Shown piece by piece: positions 15,809 through 29,390 of a DNA stretch of 64,000 nt. Each line of letters opens with the position of its first letter. The stretch's first letter is position 1. The notes under the pieces were generated by a model. It was not told the origin of the DNA. It ran no database searches and was given only the letters and a program-made list of their open reading frames with translations. Made by a program: the position numbers and the translations under genes. Source of the stretch: an uncultured Chloroflexia bacterium (GTDB lineage: Bacteria; Chloroflexota; Limnocylindria; Limnocylindrales; CSP1-4); NCBI GenBank assembly GCA_963713975.1, contig OY970218.1, positions 3,520,001-3,584,000 on the forward strand, read 5' to 3'.

Positions 15809-17851
15809 GTGCGCCTGCCCTGGCCGTTCGGCCGCAGGACGCCGCCGGAAGGGCCCTCCCCGGTCATGCCGGAGGGGCCCGCCGCGAGCGAGCCGGCGGC
15901 CGCCGCACCCGCGAACGCCGCCGTCGCGCCGCCGACTGGCGCGTGGGCCACGCTGCCCCCGATCCAGCGAACCGTCGAGGCACCACCCGTCGTTGCCCCG
16001 GCGGCGCCGTTCCTGGCCGCCGTGCCCGGCCATCGCCCGCTGCCCCCGATCGTCGGGCAGCTGGGTCACGACACGGGTCCCGGTGCACCCCCGGGGCTGG
16101 TCGTCGCGCGATCGTCGACCGTGCCCAGCCTGACGTCGCAGGCGGCGATGCCGACGCGGCCGATGCCGCGCCCGCCCGGAGACGCCGCCGATCACGGTTC
16201 TGCGCTCGACTCAGGTGCCGGCCCGGGCGCAGAGCACGCTCCCGCCGCGGCGACCGTGCCCGTCAGGCAGCTGGCGTCCGTGCCACCCGCCGCAACTGTG
16301 ATGCCCGCACCCCGGCCCTTGACCCTGGCTGCGAATCCCGTGCCCGTGGCCAGGCGTTCGAGCGGGCCGGCGCACGCCCCGGCAGCATCGGTGCAGGCGT
16401 CCCGAAGCGCGCCGGCGTCGACGTCGTTGACACCGGCCACCGGGCCGGCTGCCGGCGGTCCCCTGCCACCCCTCCATGGCACCGCTCCGGCCCGCGTCCG
16501 CAGCCGCTGGTCGGAGACCCCGACGTCGGCCGACGGCGGGCGGCCCGCCGGCCTCGGTGCTCCCCTGAACGTGGCCACCGACGGCGCCCGGTCCGGGTCG
16601 GCAAGCATGCCTGCCGAGGCCGCCCCGACACGGTCCGCGGGCGCCCAGCCCGCGCCTGCCTCCGTCTCACGACGGGCGGGCCTCGGTCTCCCGTTGTCGT
16701 TCCCGCCGCCCACGGCCGTGGCCCAGCGGCTGCCCGATGGCGGCTCCAGGCCGGCTGGGACCGGGTCGCCGCTTGCGACCGCCACAGGGCCGGCCGGACC
16801 TGCCTCCGCGTCCCGGGCCTCAGCCGGCGCCCCTGGTGTCGCGGCGGGGCTCGGCCAACCGTCGATCGGATCGCAGGGCTCCCAGCTGCCGGCTCGGTCC
16901 CTGCCCGTCCTTGCCGTCGCACGCCACCGGTCCGGGGAGCCCCCGTCACCCGGCCCCATCGCCATGTGGCCCAGCCCCGTGGCCACGCCGCCCACCCCGG
17001 GCGCAGGCCAGGCATCAGCCGGCCCGACGCCTCCGTCCGCGCTGCGTGCCGGGGCCGTCCTGCCAACCCTCGGAGCGCGGCCGCTGCGGGCCGCGACGGC
17101 TGTCCAGCGCGAGCCCGCGACGGCGGGGCCGGCCGCGGGACAGCCAACCGCCCGACAGCCGGCCCAGGTGGCCGCCAAGTGGACGGCCGGGGCCGATCTC
17201 CCGGCCACGGTCCGGAGCGTGGCGCCAGTGACCGTCACCACCCCGGGTTCGGGACCCGTGTTGCTGCAGCGGCTGACCGACCAGGTCGCCGAACCGGCCG
17301 CCACGATCCCCGGCCTCGGCCTCTCCAGCGAGATCGTGTTCCCCGCGCGCACTGGCGCAACGGGTGATCATGCGGTTGGCTCGCACGGCGTCGCAACGGC
17401 CGCGGTGCCCGGGATCGCCGGGATCCAGCGCGTTGCGGCGGCCGGCATCCCCTCGTGGGCTCCCCAGATGACGAGCCCTGGCAACCGGCCGGAGCACGCA
17501 AGCTCACATTCGTCGACGCCCGCCCGCGGGCTCCTGGCCCTCGCCCGCCCGCAGGTCGGGACCACCCAGGCGGCCGTGGCGCGGCTCGCGGCGTCGGCCC
17601 CATCACCGGCCGCGACGCCCTCAGTGCAGGCCATCGCCACCCAGGGTCCGGCCGATGTCGGCGGCGTGACCGCCACGCCCATGGTCCAGCGCGTGGACGG
17701 CGCGGCTCCGGCGGCCCCGTCCGAGCAGGGCCGCTCCGAGTCGGAGCTGGACGAGCTCGCCCGCGCGCTGTTCGGCCGCATCCGCACCCACCTCCGCACG
17801 GAGGTCATCCACGAGCGTGAGGCCAAGGGCCTCACCTTCGACGCTTTCTAA
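15809..17851 (+). CDS. Pro/Ala-rich low-complexity protein, putative tape-measure-like CIS component
   Basis: GTG 15809 follows a GGAGGAG RBS. About 680 aa of low complexity with a conserved-looking C-terminal helix ELDELARALFGRIRTHLRTEVIHERE. It occupies the tape-measure position (after the chaperones, before tube 2). Confidence 0.7.
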   Translation: MRLPWPFGRRTPPEGPSPVMPEGPAASEPAAAAPANAAVAPPTGAWATLPPIQRTVEAPPVVAPAAPFLAAVPGHRPLPPIVGQLGHDTGPGAPPGLVVARSSTVPSLTSQAAMPTRPMPRPPGDAADHGSALDSGAGPGAEHAPAAATVPVRQLASVPPAATVMPAPRPLTLAANPVPVARRSSGPAHAPAASVQASRSAPASTSLTPATGPAAGGPLPPLHGTAPARVRSRWSETPTSADGGRPAGLGAPLNVATDGARSGSASMPAEAAPTRSAGAQPAPASVSRRAGLGLPLSFPPPTAVAQRLPDGGSRPAGTGSPLATATGPAGPASASRASAGAPGVAAGLGQPSIGSQGSQLPARSLPVLAVARHRSGEPPSPGPIAMWPSPVATPPTPGAGQASAGPTPPSALRAGAVLPTLGARPLRAATAVQREPATAGPAAGQPTARQPAQVAAKWTAGADLPATVRSVAPVTVTTPGSGPVLLQRLTDQVAEPAATIPGLGLSSEIVFPARTGATGDHAVGSHGVATAAVPGIAGIQRVAAAGIPSWAPQMTSPGNRPEHASSHSSTPARGLLALARPQVGTTQAAVARLAASAPSPAATPSVQAIATQGPADVGGVTATPMVQRVDGAAPAAPSEQGRSESELDELARALFGRIRTHLRTEVIHEREAKGLTFDAF

Positions 17852-17860
17852 GGAGCAGCG

Positions 17861-18346
17861 ATGGGCGATCCCGCCATCAGCGTCGCCTACAAGTGCACGA
17901 TCGACGGCCTCATCCCGCTGGGGATCTGGACCAAGATCGAGGGCCTGGGCTTCGAGTACCAGGTGACGGAGTACCGCGAGGGCGGGGTCAACGGGTACAC
18001 CCACAAGATCCTGGGACCCTGCAAGTACACGAACCTGCGCCTGAGCCGGCCCGTGGACTCCACCTCCGAGTTCCTCATGCTGTGGCTCCAGTCGCAGATG
18101 ATCGCCGTGCTGCCCATGACGATGTCGATCACGGCCTGCACGGCGAGCGGCGAGGACATCACCACCTGGAACCTGGCCGGCGTGGTGCCGGTCAAGTGGG
18201 GCGGACCCAGCCTCGACGTCATGAGCAACAACGTGGCCACGGAGACGCTCGAGATCTCCTACCAGGAGATCATCGGGCTTGGGGCCCTGGGGGCCGCCCT
18301 GACCGGCGCCCTGTCCGTCTCCGCCTCCGCGTCCGTGTCGTTCTGA
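17861..18346 (+). CDS. Second tail tube-like protein (gp19-like)
   Basis: EGLG.EY.VTEYREGGVNGY.HKILG..KYTNLRLSRP...WNL.GVVPVKWGGPSLD...VATETLEI. Confidence 0.9.
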   Translation: MGDPAISVAYKCTIDGLIPLGIWTKIEGLGFEYQVTEYREGGVNGYTHKILGPCKYTNLRLSRPVDSTSEFLMLWLQSQMIAVLPMTMSITACTASGEDITTWNLAGVVPVKWGGPSLDVMSNNVATETLEISYQEIIGLGALGAALTGALSVSASASVSF

Positions 18347-18356
18347 GGCCGCCGCA

Positions 18357-19094
18357 ATGGTGATGGAAGCAGCCGGATCGGCCGTCAGCGCGGTCGGCGA
18401 GGCGCTCGGCCTGCTCAAGCCCGACAAGGCCAAGATCGTCTGCGTCGGCGACAACATGCCCTCGGGCAAGCCCGAGATCGAGTGCATGTTCAACCCGACC
18501 GAGTACCGCCTCACCCAGACGCTCAACGTCACCCGCAACCAGACCCCGGCCAAGGACGGCGGCACGCCCGAATTCTCGGGCACCAACGCGATGACCCTGA
18601 CGACCCAGCTGTTCTTCGATGACTTCGGGTCGATGGAGGGCGACGTCACCCCCAAGATCACGACGCTGCTGGGCTGGACACACCCGACCTCGGCCTCGCT
18701 GGGCAAGAAGAAGCCCTGTCCGCCGCTGGTGTCATTCCGCTGGGGCGGCAACCCGCAGCTGGACGACTTCTCGGGGTTCCTCAAGAGCGTCGTCGTCAAC
18801 TACACGATCTTCCGCAAGGACGGGACCCCGGTCCAGGCCAAGGTGGACATCACCATCGAGGGCCAGCCCGAGTCGATCGGCGGGCAGAACCCGACCTCGC
18901 ACTCGATCAACAGCCGGCGCACCCACACGGTGATCGACGGCGACACGCTCCAGTCCGTGGCCTACGCGGAGCTGGGCAGGCCCGCCTACTGGCGCGCAAT
19001 CGCCGAGCTCAACGGGATCGACGACCCGCAGCGCGTGACGGCCGGCACAGTGCTCCTGATCCCGAGCCTCGCCGACGCGGCGCGCGGCGCCTGA
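18357..19094 (+). CDS. Tube initiator / LysM-domain CIS protein (Afp7-like)
   Basis: FNPTEY...PPLVSFRWG...F.KDGTPVQAKV, with C-terminal LysM HTVIDGDTLQSVAYAELG.PAYWRAIAELNGIDDP. Confidence 0.9.
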   Translation: MVMEAAGSAVSAVGEALGLLKPDKAKIVCVGDNMPSGKPEIECMFNPTEYRLTQTLNVTRNQTPAKDGGTPEFSGTNAMTLTTQLFFDDFGSMEGDVTPKITTLLGWTHPTSASLGKKKPCPPLVSFRWGGNPQLDDFSGFLKSVVVNYTIFRKDGTPVQAKVDITIEGQPESIGGQNPTSHSINSRRTHTVIDGDTLQSVAYAELGRPAYWRAIAELNGIDDPQRVTAGTVLLIPSLADAARGA

Positions 19095-19103
19095 GCCACG
19101 ACG

Positions 19104-20789
19104 ATGCCCACCAGCACGGCCTCCATCCAGCGGATCGTCGAGATCGACGGCACGGAGCTGGCTCCGGACCTCGAGGGCCAGCTCGAGAGCGCCCTGGTGG
19201 TGGACCGCCTGGCCATGCCCGACATGTTCGCCCTCGTGTTCCGGGACCCCACCCGGGACATCCTGGGCAGGGCGGGCCTCGAGATCGGCAAGGTCGTGCG
19301 GATCTCCACGACGTCGCTCACGGGTGACAGCCCCGAGCCGCTCATCACCGGTGAGGTGACGTCCATCGAGGCCGAGTACGACACGCTGGGGACCCGGGCC
19401 GTGGTCCGCGGCTACGACAAGTCACACCGCCTGGCGGCGGGCCGCCGGACCGCCACCTATCAGAACACGAAGTACTCGGACATCGCCCAGCAGATCGCCG
19501 GGGACGCAGGCCTCCAGGCCGAGGTCGATACGTCGGACGGCACGTACGAGCACGTGTTCCAGGTGAACCAGTCCGACCTGGACTTCCTGTACGGGCTCGC
19601 CCGCGAGATCGGCTTCGACTGTCACGTGGACGACGAGACGCTCAAGTTCAAGAAGCCGATCGAGTCCACTGGGGCGCCCGGAGAGGGCGACTTCGAGAGT
19701 GCGGATCCGGTCCAGCTGGTGTGGGGCAGCAACCTGCTCGAGTTCCGGGCACGGATGAGCGCCGTGGCCCAGGTCGCGAGCGTTGAGGTCCGGGGCTGGG
19801 ATCCCGCCGCCAAGCAGGAGGTCATCGGGACGGCCGATGCCACCGCGACCAACGCCGAGCTGTCGACCACCGCCGCGGACCTGGCCGAGCTGGTCGGCGG
19901 CCAGACCCTCGTCGTGGTCAACCACGGGGTCCAGAGCCAGCAGGCCGCCGACCAGCTGGCCCAGGCGAGGGCGGAGCAGATCGGCAGCGCCGGGTTCGAG
20001 GCCACGGCCGTCGCCGTCGGCTCGCCGGCGCTCCGGGCGGGCACACCCGTCAGCGTGTCGGGCATCGACCCGGCCCTCGCGGGCAAGTGGGTGATCTCCG
20101 GCTCCCGCCACGAGTTCGGTGCCGGTGCCTATCGGACGGCGCTCGAGTTCACCGGGCGCCAGGACCGCTCGATCCTGGGGCTGGTCAGCCAGGGGTCGGC
20201 CGGAACCCCCGATCGGCTGCCGGGGGTCGTGATCGCGCTGGTCGACGACAACGATGATCCCGAGGCGATGGGTCGCGTGCGGCTCCGCTTCCCGTGGATG
20301 GGCGAGGACGCCGTCTCCTTCTGGGCGCGCGTGGCGATGCCGGGCGCCGGCAAGGACTACGGCGTGGTCTGGATGCCCCAGGTCGGCGACGAGGTGCTGG
20401 TGGCCTTCGAGCACGGCGATCCGTCGCGGCCCTTCGTCCTGGGCGGGCTATGGAACGGCACGGACACGCCGCCACTGGGCGATTCGCTGTTCGACGCCGG
20501 CAAGGTGACCCGTTCGGGGTTCGTCTCGCGAGCCGGGCACAAGCTGGTGTTCTTCGACGACCCAGGCGAATCCGGGATCGCGCTGATCAGCGCCGACAAC
20601 AAGTTCCGGGTCTCGCTCAACGAGACCAAGGGGCAGGTCCACGTCTACTTCGACGGCAAGCTCCTGCTCGAGGGGACCGGCGACGTGGAGGTGAAGACGC
20701 AGGGCAGCTTCAAGGTCGACGCCTCGGGTGTCGAGATCAAGGCATCGGGCCAGACGGCCATCAAGGGCGCCACCGTGGCGCTCAACTAG
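19104..20789 (+). CDS. vgrG: VgrG-like spike protein (Afp8)
   Basis: gp27-like N-terminal part (QVNQSDLDFL...VEVRGWDP..KQ) plus OB-fold DPEAMGRVRLRFPW...WARV...PQVGDEVLVAFEHGDPSRPFVLGGLWNG. Confidence 0.93.
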   Translation: MPTSTASIQRIVEIDGTELAPDLEGQLESALVVDRLAMPDMFALVFRDPTRDILGRAGLEIGKVVRISTTSLTGDSPEPLITGEVTSIEAEYDTLGTRAVVRGYDKSHRLAAGRRTATYQNTKYSDIAQQIAGDAGLQAEVDTSDGTYEHVFQVNQSDLDFLYGLAREIGFDCHVDDETLKFKKPIESTGAPGEGDFESADPVQLVWGSNLLEFRARMSAVAQVASVEVRGWDPAAKQEVIGTADATATNAELSTTAADLAELVGGQTLVVVNHGVQSQQAADQLAQARAEQIGSAGFEATAVAVGSPALRAGTPVSVSGIDPALAGKWVISGSRHEFGAGAYRTALEFTGRQDRSILGLVSQGSAGTPDRLPGVVIALVDDNDDPEAMGRVRLRFPWMGEDAVSFWARVAMPGAGKDYGVVWMPQVGDEVLVAFEHGDPSRPFVLGGLWNGTDTPPLGDSLFDAGKVTRSGFVSRAGHKLVFFDDPGESGIALISADNKFRVSLNETKGQVHVYFDGKLLLEGTGDVEVKTQGSFKVDASGVEIKASGQTAIKGATVALN

Positions 20790-20801
20790 GCGGAGCGGGA
20801 G

Positions 20802-21191
20802 ATGGCGCAGCCGCTCGTCATGGGCGACAAGATCCAGGGCCAGTGCGCGGTCCACCAGGTGCCGAACCCGGCATCGGGGGCGCCGCAGCCCTCCCCTGCC
20901 CCGATGCCCTTCTCGGCACCCCTCCTGACCGGGCTCGAGCCGACGGTCACGATCGGCGGCAAGGCGGTTGCTGTCATGGGCTCGTCCGGCTACAACACGC
21001 CGCCCCACGTGGGCCTCCACCCGTCGGACCCGTTCATGGTCCCCACGATGCAGCAGGGCATGGTCCTGTCCGGCAGCCCCACCGTGATGGCCGGTGGCAA
21101 GCCCATCGCGACGACCGACTCGCAGACCGCCATGTGCGCCCAGGTGCCGGGCCAGCCCGTGTCCACCGTCGGCGACGTGACGGTGGCGTGA
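20802..21191 (+). CDS. PAAR-like spike tip protein
   Basis: Small protein after VgrG with PTVTIGGK.VA and GSPTVMAGGKPIA repeats and His/Cys residues. Confidence 0.75.
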   Translation: MAQPLVMGDKIQGQCAVHQVPNPASGAPQPSPAPMPFSAPLLTGLEPTVTIGGKAVAVMGSSGYNTPPHVGLHPSDPFMVPTMQQGMVLSGSPTVMAGGKPIATTDSQTAMCAQVPGQPVSTVGDVTVA

Positions 21192-21201
21192 GGAGGGTGA
21201 T

Positions 21202-21600
21202 GTGAGCGACGAGTTCATCGGACGCGGCTGGGCCTTCCCGCTGCGCACGGACGCCACCGGCAGCATCGCCCTGGTCTCACGCGAGCGCGAGATCGAGGAG
21301 GCGATTCGCCTGATCCTCGGCACGTCGCCGGGCGAGCGGCCGATGCGTCCCGAGTTCGGCTGCCGGATCCACGAGCACGTGTTCGCCTCGGCGGACGGCG
21401 GCACGGCGTCGGCGATGGCCGCCGAGGTCAAGGCCGCGCTCCGTCGCTGGGAGCCGCGGATCGAGGTCGAGGACGTGGTCGTCACGTTCGACAGCCGCGA
21501 GGCCACGACCCTCTACATCGACATCCGCTACGCCATCCGGCCGACCAACGACCGCCGCAACCTCGTGTTCCCCTTCTACGTGATCCCGGGAGGAGACTGA
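21202..21600 (+). CDS. GPW/gp25 baseplate protein (Afp9)
   Basis: FIGRGWAFP...ILGTSPGERPMRPEFGC...WEPRIEV...NLVFPFY. Confidence 0.94.
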   Translation: MSDEFIGRGWAFPLRTDATGSIALVSREREIEEAIRLILGTSPGERPMRPEFGCRIHEHVFASADGGTASAMAAEVKAALRRWEPRIEVEDVVVTFDSREATTLYIDIRYAIRPTNDRRNLVFPFYVIPGGD

Positions 21601-21602
21601 CC

Positions 21603-26135
<4,533 letters not shown>

Positions 26136-26180
26136 CGTCCCGCGGTCGTGGTCGCTTGCCGACCTGGTCCGCAAGCGGGG

Positions 26181-29177
26181 TCAGGGGGCGGCGACCGCCG
26201 GATCGACCGATACGCCCAGCGTCTCCAGGACGAGGGCGTACTCGCGGCGGTCGCGTGATGCCGCGCCTGCCTCGCCGCCGCGATCCCGGGCGCTGATCAG
26301 CATGCGCCACAGGGCATCCTGGTAGCGATCCAGCTCCAGGCCGAACCTGCAGGCCCGAACGACGGTGGACAGGTCTCCCGCCAGCAGACTCTCCTGGGCG
26401 AGCCGTTCCGCGGCCTCGATGGCCCGCGTCCGGTACTGGTCACGGCGCTCGGCCACCCAGTCGGCCGGGCCCTCCTCGGGGAGCAGGTCGCCGGTGTAGA
26501 GGTCCAGGATCGTGGCGAACGCAGCCGACGACGCCTCCCCGCGCGCCGTGGCGGCACGACCGGCGGAGAGGGCGCGATCGAAGCGGCCGATGTCGACGTC
26601 CTCCGGCGCGACCGCGAGCCGGTAGGCATCGCCGTCGCGGACGACGAGGTGGCTGCCGGGCGGGCACACCGCCTCGTCGAGAAGCCGGCGCAGGGCGGAC
26701 AGGGCGACATGGAGGCTGCGGGCGCCTGCGCCCGCATCGACATCGGGCCACAGCGCCTCCTGGATCACCTCGCGGTGGACCGGCGCCCCCGCGTGCATCG
26801 CAAGCAGGCGCAGCAGCGACCGGACCCGTGGCTTGACGCCATCGAGCTCGACACGGCGACCATCGACCTCCAGGACGCAACCGCCCAGCGTGCGTACCCG
26901 AATTGCGGGCCCTGCGCCTTCCTGCCGCTCGGGTGCCACATCCGGAGCGAGCACCGCGGGGGCCGCCGCCACACCCTCGTCCGGACCTTCCTCGGCGCCA
27001 TCGGACCTCCGCACCCACGGGGGCTCGTTGAGCCCCGTCTCCATGGCGGCCGCCTGGGCGACTTGGTGGTGATCGTCGCGCCGGCCGGGGTCCGCCTCGG
27101 CGAGGGCGAGGTGCGCCAGCATCCGCGCCGCCGGCGTCCCGGTCGCGCGCGCGAGGCCCTCGGCCGCGGCGGCCTGGTCTCGGGCGTCGGGCAGTCCAGA
27201 CCGGGCCGCGGCCAGTGCTCCAAGCGAGCGTGCCCACGACTCCAGGACGCCTGCCCCGAGCCGCCGGAAGGTGTCCGCCCCGGCGTCGGCCGCGTCGAGC
27301 ACATCGGCCGGATCCCCGTGACCGCACCAAGCTGCGGCCAGGTCGAGCAGGGCGGAGCCCCACGTCTCGTCGACGGTGAGCGTGGTCTGGCGGTCGCCGG
27401 CACCGGCTCCGGCGGCGGCGAGGCTCCCTCCCAGCGCCCGGCCGAGGCGCGCCAGCCACGCGACCCCTGCCCGCTCGGCATCCTCGACCGCCCGATCGAA
27501 GGCTCGCATGTCACATGGCTCACCGGCGAGCACCGCCGCAACGGTTGCGCCAAGGCGGGCCGCGGCAGCCGCGATCGGTCCGCCGGACCCGGCGTCAGCG
27601 GCATCCTCGAGGATGCCGTGAGCCGTGACGACCTCACCGGCAGCCAGCAGGAGCAGGCCCCGAGCGACCGGTGCCGACGGTTCCGGCCGACGGGCGAGGT
27701 CGCGAGCCGTGCGGCCCGGGTCACGAACCAGGCCCTGGCGGAGCACGCCGACAGGGTCATGCGGCGGGATTGCTCCCGGGTCCAGCCAGGCGGCCAGGGC
27801 CAGCCTCTCGGTGCGAGGGACCTCCGCGGCGCGGGCCGGACCCAGTCCCGCCTCCGCGTGCGCATACGCGGCCATGGCCGCAGGCCAGCGACCGTCGTTC
27901 CGGGCACGCCGCGCCGCCGCGAGCGCCACCCACGGATCGTGCCGTTCGATGGCCGGTGGGAGGGCATCGATCCATCGGCCCTCGTCGCTGGCGGCCAGGC
28001 GTTCGCCCTCCCCACCGAGCAGCGCGCGCACCGCATCCCAGTCCTCGGCCCGCGAAAAGGCACGCAGCGCCTCCGGAAACGCGCCGTCCTCCTCGAGCAG
28101 GCGACCTGCTCGACCGTGACGCTCGCGGGCCGTCGCCTCGCCGGCCTCCTCCACGAGCATCCGGTCGAGGTGCTGGCGGAGGACCTCGTGGTAGCGGTAG
28201 GCGTCCGTCCCGTCCTCGATAGGCACGGTGAACACCCCGCGTCGGGCCAGCTCGTCGAGCGTGGCCCGGCTGCCTCCGGCGTCGCGCACCCGATCGCACA
28301 GCGGCCCGGACAGCCGCCCAAGGACGCAGGTGTCGACGAGGAACCGCTGCAGGTCCGCGGGCAGGCCGGCCATCACGTTCTGGGCGAGGTACTCGCGCAG
28401 CAGACGGCCGCTGGAGCCCGGCCCGCCCAGCACCCGGCGCCGCTCCTCCGGCGAACGGCCCTGGGTGGCGAGATGGAACAGCTGCAGGCCCGCCGCCCAG
28501 CCCTCCGTGCGGCGCGCGAGGACCGCCAGGTCCGCCGGTGCCACCGGATCGTGGTACACGTCGCGGAAGAGCTGCTCGACCTCCCAGGCCCGGAACCGCA
28601 GGTCATCCGGGCCCACCTCGAGCAACTGGTCGGCGACGCGCAGCCGCGAGAGGTTGAGGCCCGGCGCAACGCGTGTGGCGAGCACGATCGTCAGCCACGA
28701 AGGCGCGTAGTCGACCAGGCGCCCGAACGCTGCCTCGGCTGGCGTGTCCTCCAGGCAATAGAAGTCGTCGATCATGAGCAGGACGGGCACCGGCGGCGAG
28801 CCCGCGGCGGCGTCGAGCGCCCTCGCCGCGTCCTCCACCCGGCGCCAGCCGGTCGCGAGCCCCGGAACCACCGCGGCGAGCGACGCCTCGACATGCCGCA
28901 CGAGGGAGGCCTCGTCGGCATCCCAGGACTCGGCGCGGTACCAGGCGACCGGTGCACCGGCCGTCGCCGCGAAGCGCGCAAGCAGCGTGGTCTTGCCGGA
29001 CCCGGCGGGGGCGACCACGAGCGTCAGACGCTTCCCGAAGGAAGCACCGAGGAGGGCCTCCAGGCGCTCTCTGGGAAGGGCGGCAAGCACCGGCACCCGG
29101 ACCTTCGCCGGTACCACCTGTTGCGCCCCGAGTGCGGCCGTATGGCCGAGTTCCGCGCCCCCGCGCGCGTCTCGCAA
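26181..29177 (-). CDS. MalT-like STAND ATPase + winged-HTH + BTAD transcriptional regulator
   Basis: VVAPAGSGKTTLL, DLRFRAWEVEQLF, TEGWAAGLQL and YRYHEVLR, followed by C-terminal VRTLGG...VHREVIQEALWP...SLHVALSALRR...LYTGDLLPEE (BTAD). TTG start after GGAGGGAG. Confidence 0.88.
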   Translation of the reverse strand: MRDARGGAELGHTAALGAQQVVPAKVRVPVLAALPRERLEALLGASFGKRLTLVVAPAGSGKTTLLARFAATAGAPVAWYRAESWDADEASLVRHVEASLAAVVPGLATGWRRVEDAARALDAAAGSPPVPVLLMIDDFYCLEDTPAEAAFGRLVDYAPSWLTIVLATRVAPGLNLSRLRVADQLLEVGPDDLRFRAWEVEQLFRDVYHDPVAPADLAVLARRTEGWAAGLQLFHLATQGRSPEERRRVLGGPGSSGRLLREYLAQNVMAGLPADLQRFLVDTCVLGRLSGPLCDRVRDAGGSRATLDELARRGVFTVPIEDGTDAYRYHEVLRQHLDRMLVEEAGEATARERHGRAGRLLEEDGAFPEALRAFSRAEDWDAVRALLGGEGERLAASDEGRWIDALPPAIERHDPWVALAAARRARNDGRWPAAMAAYAHAEAGLGPARAAEVPRTERLALAAWLDPGAIPPHDPVGVLRQGLVRDPGRTARDLARRPEPSAPVARGLLLLAAGEVVTAHGILEDAADAGSGGPIAAAAARLGATVAAVLAGEPCDMRAFDRAVEDAERAGVAWLARLGRALGGSLAAAGAGAGDRQTTLTVDETWGSALLDLAAAWCGHGDPADVLDAADAGADTFRRLGAGVLESWARSLGALAAARSGLPDARDQAAAAEGLARATGTPAARMLAHLALAEADPGRRDDHHQVAQAAAMETGLNEPPWVRRSDGAEEGPDEGVAAAPAVLAPDVAPERQEGAGPAIRVRTLGGCVLEVDGRRVELDGVKPRVRSLLRLLAMHAGAPVHREVIQEALWPDVDAGAGARSLHVALSALRRLLDEAVCPPGSHLVVRDGDAYRLAVAPEDVDIGRFDRALSAGRAATARGEASSAAFATILDLYTGDLLPEEGPADWVAERRDQYRTRAIEAAERLAQESLLAGDLSTVVRACRFGLELDRYQDALWRMLISARDRGGEAGAASRDRREYALVLETLGVSVDPAVAAP

Positions 29178-29309
29178 TGCTCCCTCCCTCGCCGTCGGGA
29201 CCCCACGGCGGCCCCGGGGACCCTATCGTGCCACCGCGAGCCATAGCCGGTCTAGGGGGAAGCCTGCCCTATGGGCCATGGCCAGTAGTGACGAGGCGCC
29301 CTACCAGTG

Positions 29310-29347
29310 ACGAAGCGCCCTCCCCGCAATCGGGGAGGGCGCTTCGT
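29310..29347. terminator. 17-bp perfect hairpin downstream of ppdK (probable terminator)
   Basis: ACGAAGCGCCCTCCCCG-CAAT-CGGGGAGGGCGCTTCGT, about 45 nt after the ppdK stop. The U-tract is weak. Confidence 0.7.
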
Positions 29348-29390
29348 TCATGCGCGTGACGTTGCCGGGCCACGGGCCCGGCAGAAGGTG

